In this document: positions 45,660 to 58,129 of the stretch, piece by piece
Position numbering within the stretch: position 1 is the stretch's first letter
Layout: each line of letters opens with the position of its first letter
Source: Macrostomum lignano
Lineage: Eukaryota
DNA: 64,000 bases
Direction of reading: 5' to 3'
NCBI GenBank assembly: GCA_002269645.1
Contig: NIVC01001884.1
Coordinates: forward strand, 62,001-126,000
Notes under the pieces: generated by a model
The model's database searches: none
What the model saw: only the letters and a program-made list of their open reading frames with translations
Told to the model about the DNA's origin: nothing
Position numbers and translations under genes: made by a program

Positions 45660-48600
45660 TACCTTAAGTCTCGAGCCTCTTCTGTCGGAAGCCTTCTTAG
45701 CTCTTCGTAGCGTAGGTAGTGCTTCCACCAGTTCCTTCAGGTCTCGGCCTTCGGTGAGGTGAGCTTCCCGTCGGAACGAAAAAAAGTCAACGAACTCTGC
45801 ACCGTGTGCAGATTTGCAGCTTAACGTACAGGGCGTCTCGTCAGCAGATCCTGCCGGGCTTGTTGGGTGGATGGGAGGGCTGTGTTAGCCTCTCGTAGGC
45901 TCGAGGTTGGCTTTAGAAGGGTCCAGTCAGACCAATAGCAGAGAGTTAACTGTACGCAGAACAGGCACTTAGAGAACGGGTGACTCAGACTCGGAAACTT
46001 CAGTCTTCAAACGCTCCTTGACGGAAACAAGGGGGAGAGGAGTCCTATTTATAGGGCGGGATTCTCCTCTGTCCCATTGCACGCCAGACCTCGTGACTTA
46101 TTCTATTTTTAGAACTGACGTCACTTGAGGTCTCCGGACAGAGTGCGCCAGGCTGTGACTCAGTGTCTATTTTAGAAACACGAGTCACTCCTCTCCTTAA
46201 AGAAGGGAAGGGCCTTAGGCACGTGATTCTCCCGGTAAACAGGACCAGCAAGTGCAGTAAATATGTTTACTGCACTTTAGGACTCCAAGAACACAAGATC
46301 TGTCATGTGACTTGCTCACATGACAGAGGAAAACGAAAGGGGAACGAAACAGAGACAGCCCACAGCAGAGAGGCTGAGGGCTGAGAAACAGAGGCGCAGG
46401 AAACGATCAGAACAGGAAAAAGGGGCAAAAAACGGACAGACAAGGGAGGCGGGAAGCTGACCAGCGGCAGACAGCAACCCAGGGCGAGGGCGAGGGAAAC
46501 TGCTGACATAGTGCGACGCCTAACACTGATTAGGCGGATCACTAGCGGATCACTATATTCTCCCCTTTGAAATGAAGAGGCGGAGTGAAAGCAAAGCGCG
46601 CTTCATTTAGAAAAAAAGTAAAGTGTTGGTTTTACTTATAATATGATTAAGGCCTGGCAAAAAGGTGGTAGAGTCACAAGGCGAGTAATGGCAGCGGCTG
46701 GGTCATGGCTGGGATTTTGACCCGTAATGGGAATGCAAGGGGGCGCCGGCCCCGGAGAAAAGAGGCGCCTAAATTCCGGGCTTTGGACAGCAGCAGAGCC
46801 CGTTGATGGGAGGTGCATCGGAGAGGCGCAGAAAATGGGAGTACAAAAAGAAGCGATGGCAAGCGGTAGTAACACCGGTGGGTTGCCCACGCCAAGGCAG
46901 AGCCCAAAAAATTCTAAAAAACGGAGGGGCTGGCAAGTCCCTCGAGCGTAAGTAGCATTGGGGCCTCAGTCCCGCAGCGATTCGGGGGCGCCGGCCCGGG
47001 AAATGCAAGACGCCTAAATAGTTTCAGCACCATGACATCAGGAGCACGGGTCAATCAGCGAGTTAAGCATGCAGGAAGTGGGTGTCTACCCGAGGTCACT
47101 CCTCTTCACGGTCACAGTTCTCTGTGATAGCCGGGATCACAGGGGTCATCCCAGCAATTTGAGAGGCCGCCAGGCGGCCGAAAAAACGAACCGCATCCGG
47201 GTACATCGTCCGGCATAAGTTGGGTGCGGCGACCTCAGCGGCATCATCGAGCAGCCGCTGACGATACGTGTCGGTGAGCGCGCGCAGGGTCACCCACCTC
47301 GGCCACTCGGTCACCGCTGGGAGCGTTCCAAGGTGAGCCGCCGTGGTCAAGAGTCGCGCGATGTAGTAAATTTAGTGATCGATGGCCGTCCTCAGTCCGG
47401 CGGGCATGGGCTCACGGCGTTCTTCCGCGGGCTCAACTCTGGCTGGCATGGTGACGGCGGCGGCTACCCTTGGGCTCTCTGGCGTGTTGGGCGGCGCCGA
47501 TGGCAGGTTGGCAACCTGCAGATCTGTGGCCGAGTCACCTGGCTGCGCGCTAACAGGGCTCTCCCTCTCCGGCGGGAGGTCGTCGGACTCGTCGCTCGTC
47601 TGAGTAGCCGCCTCACGCAGGGCGGCGCCGGTCGGCTCGTCCTCAGGGACGGTCGGCAGAAGCGGCGGTCCTTCGCCCGGAGGGGACGCGAGCTCGACCC
47701 GCAGTTCAGGGCAGACGAGCCGGAGTATCTGAGGTTCCTGCGGGCAAAGGCCGAGAGCGAGAGGCTGGCTGGCCTCCTGCTAGAGCACCACGCCCGAAGT
47801 CGAGGCCGAAGCCCCGGCTCCGGAGTGGTCACATTCGATCACCTCGGCGACGGGGGTCGCAGGCTTCGGCTTCAGGCGCTGAGCAGCTCGGGATTCGATG
47901 GCCAGCTGAGTCTCCAAATGCCGGCGATGGAGCGGGAGCTCGGTGCTGACCCGCGCACTCAGGGCCGCGTGTGTCTCAAGCGCACTCCCGGCAACAGGCG
48001 ACCGTATGCGCCGGATCGGGGCCGGATCCTCCTCACACGTGAGGTCGATGTACATCTCACGGTGAGCACCGGTGGTCCGGTTGTGCCCCGTACCCCGTCA
48101 GCGCGAATCAAGCTGGGAGCGTCGCTCTGGCGGCGGTGAACGCCGGCGCGGTTGCGGTTCAAGCGGCGGGAGCCTAGCTGACGGCCTTCCTATGCGGCTT
48201 AGAACGTGCCGCCGCGGGGCATTAGCTGGGCCGCCAAACGGCTCGTACTGGCCACCTGCGGCCCCGATAGGCCGGTCATAGGCGGCTGGAGAGTTTTCCG
48301 CGGACGATGGCGCCGGGTCAGTGAGCGATTCTCGTCGGTCGGCGAGCGCTCAGTGCGCTTGTAAGAGCGGCGGTGCATTTCTGCGCTGAAATGCGTTTTA
48401 ATTTGTGCGCGGATGCGGGCGGTGCGGCTAACGTACGTTTTGGCGCTAGGATTAATGATTAGCCGGTCAGGCTGCCTACGATTCCTAGCTGGACTACCAA
48501 CGTCTACAGATGTTACAGACGCTTCCTCCGGAGTGGTGCATAGCGACGGCCCGGGGTCCGGACCACAGAAAAAGCACCACGAGGGGCGGGAGCAGAAACG

Positions 48601-50540
48601 GGAGGAAAAGAAACAGCAGGCATAGACGCATTTAGAGCAGGCTCATGCAAATTACATTCTCCATACGGCACTGGCTCACGCCGAAGTGCACTTGCCTGGT
48701 TCGCTGGTGTCGTGACCGGTCCACCTCCTGGCTGCACCTCCGGGATCGCCAAAGGCCGGAAGTGCCATCGGAAAACCGGCCTTGCGTCATAGCCGTCATC
48801 ATTGTCATCGTCGGGATCGTCCTGGTCGTCCTCGGGGATCGGCATCAGGGTCGCGGGTCCTGGGCCGTCGGGAGCGTCAGGCGGTCGCCGGCGCTTCTTT
48901 GGCTTATCGACTTCGGGGTCCGAAGTCCTCGTGTAGTCAGCGTCAGGCACGAGCAGAAGGTTCCGGCGATGGACGACTAGTTCGTCTCGTCTAGCTCTCG
49001 GGTTGGGCAGTCTCCGTCGGATCTTGTAGACGACCTCGCCCTTGTGCTCGACGACTTCGTACAGTGCTTTGCGAGGTCGATGAAGCTTCGCTGCTTCGTC
49101 CGGTTCGAGTATCGGGGTTGTTGAGGAAGACCAGATCACCAGGCTTGAGCTTCTTGGCCACGGGCACGTTCGAATAGTGCTCGTCTTGCAGTTTTTGGTG
49201 CATGTGCAGGCGCTCCTTGGCCAGCTCAGTCGCCTCGTCCAGGCGGCGCTGGAAGTCCTTGACGTAGTCGGGCAGATCGGCGTACTCGAGCAGCTTCTTT
49301 AGCGCGTTGTCGATCGGGAGACGGAAGTCACGGCCGAACACCAGGTAGTGAGGCGTGAAACCCGTCACCGGGTGCACGCTGGAGCGGAGAGCCATCAGAC
49401 AAGCCGGAAGGAAGGTGTCCCAGTCGTGGTTGCGCTCGAGCAGACAGGTGACAACACTCTTCAACTGCTTGTTGTGGTTCTCGACTTGTCCGTTGGAAGC
49501 TGGATTATATGGAGTTGTTGTCGTATGCCGGATGCCAAACAGGTCGCAGAACTTCTTGAAGGCTGAGCCGGTGAAGTTGGTGCCTTGGTTGGTGTGGATC
49601 CAGCAAGGTACACCGAACTCATGATGAAGCGCTCCTGCAAAAGCTTGATTACTGTCTTAGCTTTCTGGTTTCTTATTGGGTAGGCGAATGGATACTTCGA
49701 CGTCGCATTGCACAAGGTCAGGATGTAGCGGTTGCCGCTTTTGCTCTTCTGCGCAATGGGTCCTACTACATCACAGTGGATTCTACCCAGAACCTCGCAG
49801 ACTGGACTGGAACTCTCTCTCGCCGTCACGATTTACTTTCAAGGCACGTGCGGCACTTACTGATAAAGGTCTCGTAGCCGCAATAACGTCTTCGTCTCGC
49901 CGAGCTGTCCACTGTCCACACAGTGGCGAACTGTGGAGTTCCTGTGTAGGCAGCGCCTACTATCGTGTGTGTTGGGGGGTTGTTAGCGGCTGCGCCGCGT
50001 GGCTCTGCTAGCTCAACCCTTATGCGTACAATATCAAATGTGCATGGTGCGACTTTAGCCATCATTCTGACTCAGCTCAATAATACAATAAATATACTGA
50101 TCGCTATTATTCTCGCCTGCAAGCTTTCGGCAACTAACGACTACAACAAGCAGTCTAGCCTCGTTTCACTCACTACATCCTGGAGCACATGGGCGTCAAG
50201 GGCCTCAGGCAGGACAACCTTTGGCGGCTGCTGGCCATCGGACAGGTCAATCAGCAGCAGGCTGTTGTCCTTGCTGGTTCTCGTAATATCCGAGCAGATT
50301 CCACTGCTCCTTCGTTAGTCGCAACCGGGCGTCGAACTCAGGCTTCGGGGCTTCGTTCTCGACCAAGTTGAGCTCGTAGCTGATGGCTCGGTCAGCGCGT
50401 TGGGCATCAACGAACTGTTGGCGAGTCATAGGCAGCTTCAGAAAATCAGTGAGCACGGCGCGGCATGGCTGTGGGTTCCGGATTCCCGCAGTCTCCGCTT
50501 CAGTGGCTCCAGGTCGATCACACGGCACCGTCTTGTCGGC
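45660..50540 (-). mobile_element. Ty3/gypsy 'element 3' 3' part (integrase, long 3' extension, PPT and probable 3' LTR)
   Basis: RIHCDVVGP, WIHTNQGTNF, SNGQVEN, GDLVFLNNP...YEVVEHKGEVVYKIR. PPT AAAGGGGAGAA at 46558-46568 is followed by TATAGTG, with TATAAATA near 46050. The left LTR end is uncertain, and a possible solo-LTR insert lies at about 49910-50177. Confidence 0.78.
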
Positions 50541-50799
50541 GTCAGGTTTATGTCGCTCCGAATTAGGTCCCTCCAGAACAGGGGGGGGGGAGGCAGCAAA
50601 CAGACAGCCAAAGGGAGGCGGGAAGCTGACTTAGAGGCAGGGGGGTTGTGTGCACCCTGGCGCACTTTAAGCGACATAGGCACACAACCGGCGAGAGGCA
50701 TTACTGCCCATTCCGCTGACTCCCCTGAGCAGGCATACAAGTGCGCGGATACGTACGCAGGCACACACTCACACAGGAGTGTACAGCGGCCCTAACTTT

Positions 50800-50984
50800 A
50801 TATTATCGTTAGGCATGTACACTTCACTGCGCCTTGGGGGGTTGGCTCTCAAGGCCGTTAATTGCACGAGCAGAGCCAAGCCGAGATTCCAATTCAGCCC
50901 CAAATTAATGTGACTGCACTTGGAATCGAGCCTGGGTCTCTGGCACACCAGAGCAGCTGCGCTACCGCTGGGCTACGGCCCCCC
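50800..50984 (-). mobile_element. tRNA-derived SINE (or tRNA pseudogene head)
   Basis: GGGGCCGTAGCCCAGCGG (A box) and GGCTCGATTCC (B box), followed by a non-tRNA body. Confidence 0.7.
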
Positions 50985-51499
50985 TAATTGAAAGTGTAAC
51001 TGCTGCCACAACATAAATCAATAAATCTTACCTTTGAAACAGGGTGACTGTGCTCAAGGTTGACTTTCGTGACCACAGGAAATTGCCCAAGACGAACGTG
51101 CATTGGACAACCATCACGAAAGGTCCTGTGGTAACAAGTATGGAAAAGTCATATTTGTTACTAAATCAAATTTCATGATAACGAAAAGATATATAAAGGT
51201 ATTGTACCATACTAAGAAACTAGGAGCTGGGAAAGACTGATTAAAATCGAAAGCATGTGAACAGAGCGAGTAGGGGCATGAGAGGAAAAAGCAAATGAAT
51301 TTCAAGTTTAGCAGGTACAGCACGCTTATTTTCTGTGTTTCCGATCAAAATAAATCAAGTATTAACAATTAACAAATCAGATGCATGGGAATTATTTTCC
51401 GTGCAATAAGCTATTTTTTGCGTTTAAAGATTCTAGAAATGCAATTAACCAATGTAAATGGAAAAAAGACGCTTTTAAATTGCGCTATAAAAGAGCATA

Positions 51500-51860
51500 T
51501 TATTTTGTTCGACAGTGGTCTTTTCCAGGCTTAAAGGGGATGATTCTAGCCGTGCGTTTGTTCTTCGCTACATTCGCGCTGTTGAAGGACGTGTTGAAGT
51601 TGGTGATGACCGGTAGGATAGTAGCTGGCATTTCTTTAGGCAGCCTAGGGTGAATACGGTCTTCTGTTGCGGCTTTGTTGCCATTCATCTCGGCGAGCGC
51701 TCTTTTGACCTCGAGAATCTGAATGGGCTTATCCATCTTGGCTGGTTTTACGACAATTGTCTGCGTACAATTGCCTGCGCGACAACTGCCTGTGGCGACA
51801 ACTTTCTGCCACGACAGCTAGCTGTGGAGACAACTGACTGCGTGCTGAGCTTGTTTATCA
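51500..51860 (-). pseudogene. LINE RT N-terminal fragment
   Basis: EVKRALAEMNGNKAATEDRIHPRL...ARIIPFKPGKD. Confidence 0.65.
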
Positions 51861-54012
51861 ACTCAGAGCGCAACATCATAGTTTTATTAGTAATTAGAAG
51901 AAAATATAAAATACCAAACAGAGAAATAAAAAAACGGTTTAGTGTAATGAATTCAAGAGTATGTTATTTTATATTTCCTTAACTGCACATGCAAAATTCT
52001 AAATCGACAAACCATTTGCTACTACTAGAGTACATTGGTTCACTTAGTTATTAACTTGAACAAAAGAAGCAGGGAACACACGCACAAAAATTTGTAGCCG
52101 CAGGCAGTTTTCGCGCAGGCAGTTGTGCGTAGGAAATTGTCTACCATCTTGGCTACCACTGACGCCTCTATATCACGCAGGGCAGCATTTGCGCTATGTC
52201 TAATTTTTTTACGCTTTTGGTAGGAAGTTTAAAAGGCTACTTACGGGCGGTAAAAAATTAAAAAGCAATTAAAAGTGACACTTTTGAAAATAAAAAATAC
52301 CAGTAATTATTTAGAGGTAGGAGAAAACGCTTTACTTTTTAAAAGAGCACAAAATACTTCTAAACAAGACTAAAAGTGCAGTAGTATCATTACTTAACAA
52401 GAAGTTATACTCCTACAAGTTGAAATTAGACTAGCTTTTCAAAAAAAGATCGTTCTGTGACCAAAGACGAAAATATGATATCTTGCGTAATGTGAAATTT
52501 TCAAAGAAGGCTTTTATTTGCGTTAAATAACGATGTTTAATGCAAATTAGATATAGAAAAGTGTTGTTTTTCAATTTTTAGACATTACTTTAAATTGAGG
52601 TTTGCAAACATCGAGTGCAAACATTCCCATATTTAAAAAATCTCACTGGAGTCCCTATTTTTCGGATAGTTGCTGACCATTTTCAGCAACCCTTTTCAGT
52701 TGCTGACCCATTCGTTCACAAACGCGTTGGCCTTCGCCCGGTCTAAGAGAAGCTTTCTACCACGGTGTTGGATGGCTTTTCCCACCTGATTGTTAGCTCC
52801 CTACCCATTGAGACGCTTCGCGTACTTTCATTGATCGCCTGGCGGTACCTGGTGGAGCGGGCGATGGTGCCCACCGCTTTTCCGGCTGCACCGATAATGA
52901 CGTCCCGGATCTGTTTCTCGCTAATCCTGATGTTGCCGGCGTTGCTATTGGTGGTTTTAAGTCCAGATTCAATAGCTTCTCTGTAAGCTACCCAAGTCTT
53001 TCTTTTTCCAGTTCCAGCTTATGATTGGCTCTAATATTAAAATACGATGTTTTTAAGGCTTTCAATGGGCGCTCCATTTTATGCTTTAATTGTTCAACCA
53101 TTTAGGCCTCTCCTTGGCCAATGTACAGTGCAAAATTTACATTCACAATAAAGCCTACGAGTTTTATGACCCTACGCGCGGCGGGTTCGCAATTTGTGGT
53201 GTTAATTGAATTTTATCTTTTACCAACCAGTCTCATAGACAGTTGATGAAAGAAAGGGAGGTTATAAAGCTGGCCTCAAATGCAATTAGTGCGAACCAAG
53301 CCTTTTTTCATCAACCCCAGGACGGCGCTGTGCACTTTTAAATTTGGTCTGCCTTTTGTCAGAGAGACAAATTAAGCACCCCAACCTCCGCCTCTCTCCT
53401 TCCCATATCTGACCAGATGCGTAACAGGGGTTTTAAAATTGACTAACTTTCGGCTGCCATAAGTTTGATCCGCGTAAAGCAATTGACTTCAAACTTGAAA
53501 CACGTCTTGATTGACTCACTCTTCTGTCTAAATATAGTTTCAACTTTGTAATTGTAACTCAGTCAGGACAGAATCTGTAGTCTCTAAACATGTGAAGTTT
53601 GCCTGCTTTTTGTGATGTTTGTGCCCCTCATCCAACTCATTCCCCCAGACAAAGGGTCAGGCGATAAGGCTCAATGTACATTATAGCAGATGTAGTTTTG
53701 GAATAACTTTTTATAGCCTTCTCTGCACCCCCGTCTAGAGGCTAGAGTACTATACGTTTAGCCAGGCCCATGACAGTTTAATAAGTTTAAGTAAGAAATT
53801 CGAACTACTGTCCTACTATCTGACTGAGACTTGAGAGTATTCTGTACCCACAATGACAAACTAACTTTAATTCCAAGCACTTAAACTGATGCTGGTGCTG
53901 TTTAGTTATAAATTATTTGAGATTTTCTCTGGATTCTTTTAGCAAAAACCATGCATTACCATTGCCTTGCCTAAAAACAAGCAATGTTTTGACACTGGCT
54001 GCAAAAATTTCG

Positions 54013-54320
54013 GCTAGCAAACTTCAACTAGCAGTTTTCGGCTAGCAAACTTCAGCTAGAAGGTTTCGGCTAGCAAACTTCAGCTAGAAGGTTTCGGCTA
54101 GCAAACTTCAGCTAGAAGGTTTCGGCTAGCAAACTTCAGCTAGAAGGTTTTGGCTAGCAAACTTCAGCTAGAAGGTTTCGGCTAGCAAACTTCAGCTAGA
54201 AGGTTTCGGCTAGCAAACTTCAGCTAGAAGGTTTCGGCTAGCAAACTTCAGCTAGAAGGTTTCGGCTAGCAAACTTCAGCTAGAAGGTTTCGGCTAGCAA
54301 ACTTCAGCTAGCAGGTTTCG
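54013..54320. repeat. 28-bp tandem repeat GCTAGCAAACTTCAGCTAGAAGGTTTCG, about 10 copies
   Basis: Units recur every 28 bp from 54041 to 54293. Each is made of two 14-bp halves. Confidence 0.95.
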
Positions 54321-54759
54321 ACAAAATTCAAGTCAGCAATCGGCAAAGGAAGCAAGAGGCCCAGCAGCGGCTGAAAAGCGAGACTCGGTATGTTCGATTT
54401 AAGTGAATGTGAACTCTCAATAAAAACTTAATTTGATATTTCTTTTTTACATGCAGGAAGGGCAAAAACGTGAGAAAATTCTTTTCTTCTGTGCAATGTG
54501 CAGCTGCGCACCTTTGATAAAATTTAGCTTGCGCGGCTGCGCGCCTGACAGGGCGTCCACACATTTTTTAGATTCGCTGCAATAGTGGTCGAAGCGCAGA
54601 AGGTCGGCACCCCAGCGATATGCATCATACTGACATGTGATTTTGAGATCAGGAGGAAATGTTGTACTTTAACTACTGCAGTCTTGTTATTGTTGCCGTT
54701 GCTTGTTGCCATAGACATCTAGACATCCTAGTTTTGTACTTGTACTACGTTGATTTAGG

Positions 54760-55415
54760 CGAGCGTAGCGCAGCCTTTCCGCAAAATAAAAAACCTTCTG
54801 CTCTGCCATCGCTCCGTAACTACATAGTTGCCACCAGCTTGCACACATTTCCGCATCCAGTGAAACCACTGTTTCTAGGCTCCAGTTCACTGTTCTGCCA
54901 CTGCTGACACCACCCGCTCTCAAACCGAGTCCCACGCAGTTGGTTCTTCTCCAAAGGGAAGAGAAAGAAGTCGCAGGGTGCCAGGTCAGGGGAATATGCA
55001 GGATGCGTCACCAACTAGACTCCATTCTTGGCCAGAAATGCCAGTGTTGCAGCAGCTGTGCGCGCACTAGCATTGTCGTGGTGCAGCAGCAGGCCTGCGC
55101 CACGCATCGAACACGAGCGGCAGGCAGTGATTGATATACCAGTCTGCATTGACTGTCCGCCTGTCTTGGCGCGCCACAGTCGCCAGGTGGCCAGACTGGC
55201 TGAAGAAAGTCGCCACCATGTGCTTCCCGACGCTGCGGGCCCGCTTGACCTTCGTTGGGGTGGCATCGTCTGGAAGGAGCCAAACTGCCGACTGCTGCTT
55301 GGTTTCCGGGTCGTACTGGTGGACCCAGGTCTCATCGCCTGTGATGATCTCCCAGCATTGCTTCGAGGTCGAAGCCAGAATCGAATCTTTCGAGCATGAA
55401 CTCGCACCAACGCAC
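54760..55415 (-). pseudogene. Mariner transposase catalytic region
   Basis: ITGDETWVHQYDPETKQQS, GKHMVATFF, LLHHDNA, HPAYSPDLAPCDFFLFP. Confidence 0.9.
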
Positions 55416-56350
55416 TGTTGTGTCTTTTGTTTTTTTAATGACAAATCAAATGAGCGAGTCTGGAACTTAAAAGTTAAATTAACCGGCCGTTCTTCGACTC
55501 TTGTCTTATTATTTATTTCTGCAAGCCTAGCTTGCTCTTGTTACGCGTAGATCGCTAAAGCGTACGGTGCGCTCGGAAGCAAATCATTTTGTTCATGGTT
55601 CGGCTTGGCTTATAGCCACAGCATCTCCCCTTTTATAAAAATAACTTAAACAGTTTAAGTCCCAAACTTGAGTGATTAAGGAAGTCTCAAAATAGTCACT
55701 CCTTGTAATTCACTCTTGGCTTTTGCTCCAGCCGCGTGGTGCGCCGTGGTAATTCTGGTATAGCTGGCTTAAAAGTATGGTCCACTCGGACTGACTCAGA
55801 CTCAGAATCCATTTGCAGTTCCAAAATGCCATCGTCATCGTGCACATGCTTTCCACCAGGGTTGCCATCGTTTTCACGCATCATTGGGTTTCCAATGCTG
55901 ACATCCTTGTTCAAATCTGATTAATCATCTCCCTGAGACTTCGGGTCTGAGCTTGTTCGTTGAATTTGATCTCTGTGCACTTTCTGGAATCTTCCGTCTT
56001 CCAGCTTGACAATTGCAGTATTCCTTCCTAATGGATTGATCAGCCTGGCCTCGTGTGTTGACTTCTCCGTCTTGTACACTGCAACATAGACTCAGTCGAA
56101 AGTGCCATCTTGATCTTATTGAAGGCTTGTTCGTGCTTGTCTGTCCAAGTGAACTCGGCCCCTCTGCGTCTAAGCTGTGACAGAGGCTCAATGAGTTCTG
56201 CGAGGTTGCGAATAAATTTACCGCAGAAATTAATGAGGCCGAGAAACGATTCCAATTCCGGTAGATTTTTAGGGGCTGACATCTCCGTTAACGCGCGCAC
56301 CTCTCTTCATCTGGCTTCACTGTCCCTGACTCGAGAATGTGACCCAGAAA
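55416..56350 (-). mobile_element. Internally deleted Mag-like gypsy 3' end with a 208-bp LTR (55416-55623) abutting the mariner fragment
   Basis: RT thumb LESFLGLINFCGKFIRNLA, integrase tail RRTTRLEQKPRVNYKE*, PPT AAAAGGGGAGA, and LTR TGCTGTG...CACAACA containing AATAAA. Confidence 0.8.
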
Positions 56351-56517
56351 GCGGACCCGAGTCCACAGAATATACACAGAATGGCGAATCGGCAGTTCTC
56401 TATGAAAGCGAAAATAAATGCGATTGCACTACTAACGTTGTGAAGCTGATAAGTAGTTGCGATTTTTCAAAAAACGGCATAAGGAGATTATTGGCTACAA
56501 TAAGGCCACTGTACGCT

Positions 56518-57762
56518 CGTAGCGGCTCGCCTAAGGCTGTGCGAGCGAGTAAAGAAAGTCCACTTGCCAGGCCTCAAGTTCGGCCTGGCTTCTCAATTTG
56601 AGCGTCTATTTGGGCCATAGAAATAAAATTAAGAGAGGCATTTAGGCAAAGCTCTGCAGTCCGCATTATGTTAATAAATTGGCGGCAGTGGACCTCCACA
56701 TAGCTCCCCCCAGAGCTTTACTAAATGTGCCTCATTGTATGGACCCATTGCGCTGCAGGGCACTGATCTGACAGGTTGCGTGCAGATGCAGACTTAGTCA
56801 CAGTGGTGCCGGATTGACTGACCCAGGTTGACGGAAAGGTGGCCAGCATGCAGACGCGTCCAGTGTCGAGCCCTGTGCGCCAGCAGAATGTCAACTGCGG
56901 GGGCGATGCAGCGTGGAACTTCGTACGCTGGCAAAAGGACGCCGGGATGCGGTCGCGGGACTGTAATGCCGATGGCGGGGCCGATAGCGGTCGCGCACGA
57001 CTATGATGGCGGTGTATGCACTGTCAGTGCCTTGCCAAGATCTTATGCCCACTGCACCACTAGGGACGGACCAACTGGGCGCTGCAGTCGCACGCGAGTC
57101 GGTGACCGAGCAAGCGGCTACGGCCTTGACGAAGGCGACAGCAGTTGCCGGGCAGAAACGCTGAACCGGCGGGGCCCCAGGATGGGGCGGCGAGAATGTT
57201 GCCAGTCATGCAGAAGGCACCCACTCGGGACGACACACCGCCAGGCAGTAGCGGATGGGGCTGGGGGAAACTGAGGAGCTCACGGCAGCAGCTCTGGACC
57301 CCGTGTTGCGCTATGTGCTGTGGCTGTCGAGAGTCGGAGGCCGGGCAGGCGGCCACGGCCGTGACATAGGCGGCAGCGGATGCCGGCCTGAAACGCTGGA
57401 CCGGCGGTGGCCCGGCGCGTGCGTCGTGGAGCTTGTGTTGGCAGCGCCAGCGTAGAAAGCCAGATGGAGGCTGCAGACGGATGGCCGTCTGCTCTAATGG
57501 GCGCTGATGTCCTCTGTGCTGCGTGCCGCGTCCGCGGGGTTGGCCCGCCGCAAGCGGCGGCGGGAGTCGGGCTCACCAATGTAGCGGCTCGCCTAAGGCT
57601 GTGCGAGCGAGTAAAGAAAGTCCACTTGCCAGGCCTCAAATTCGGGCTGGCTTCTCAATTTGAGCGTCTATTTAGGCCATAGATATAACAGTAAGAGAGG
57701 CATTTAGGCAAAGCTCTGCAGTCCGCATTATGGTCATAAGTTGGCGGCAGTGGACCGCCACA
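56518..57762 (-). mobile_element. TRIM-like non-autonomous LTR element (two 183-bp LTRs, 879-bp internal region)
   Basis: Direct repeats at 56518-56700 and 57580-57762. PBS TGGTGAGCCCGAC resembles tRNA-Trp, PPT is GGGGGGAG, and there are no recognisable gag/pol motifs. Confidence 0.8.
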
Positions 57763-58129
57763 CCACGCAATATATTGAAGTATTTTTGAAAAGTTTTAAT
57801 AAAACTAAAGGCAGCGCTAATCATGGAGTTGGTGTACAAAGCGCGCAAAAAGGCAAAGCTGCAAGTCATTATTCAATTTGTTACATATTACCGGAGATTT
57901 TTTATTGTTCATATGTTTTAAAGATTGAAAGTTAGCGTAATAAGTTTTGAGATGCATTAGTAAATTGAATGAAATGTTAGAGTAGAATATCGTATTAGTT
58001 TTGAGTTGTACATACAGTTTTAAATGTTTTAATGAGAGATAGCATATTTTTCAGAATAAATGTTGGGCTCAACCGTCCTAGTGTTTATGAGTTTTAATAT
58101 CACACAAAACGGTTAAGCTCGTCCGGGAC

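Noticed and set aside
47333-48139. 268-aa Arg/Gly-rich plus-strand ORF
   Set aside because: Shadow of a GC-rich minus-strand frame, with no domain.
50910-50984. Functional tRNA gene
   Set aside because: A and B boxes are present, but the acceptor stem does not pair cleanly and a SINE-like body follows.
52690-53000. Possible LINE endonuclease-RT linker fragment
   Set aside because: Coding-like, but no diagnostic motif to support a call.
54013-54320. CRISPR-like appearance of the 28-bp array (and of the 33-bp array at 59408)
   Set aside because: Head-to-tail repeats without unique spacers, in a eukaryotic context with no cas genes.
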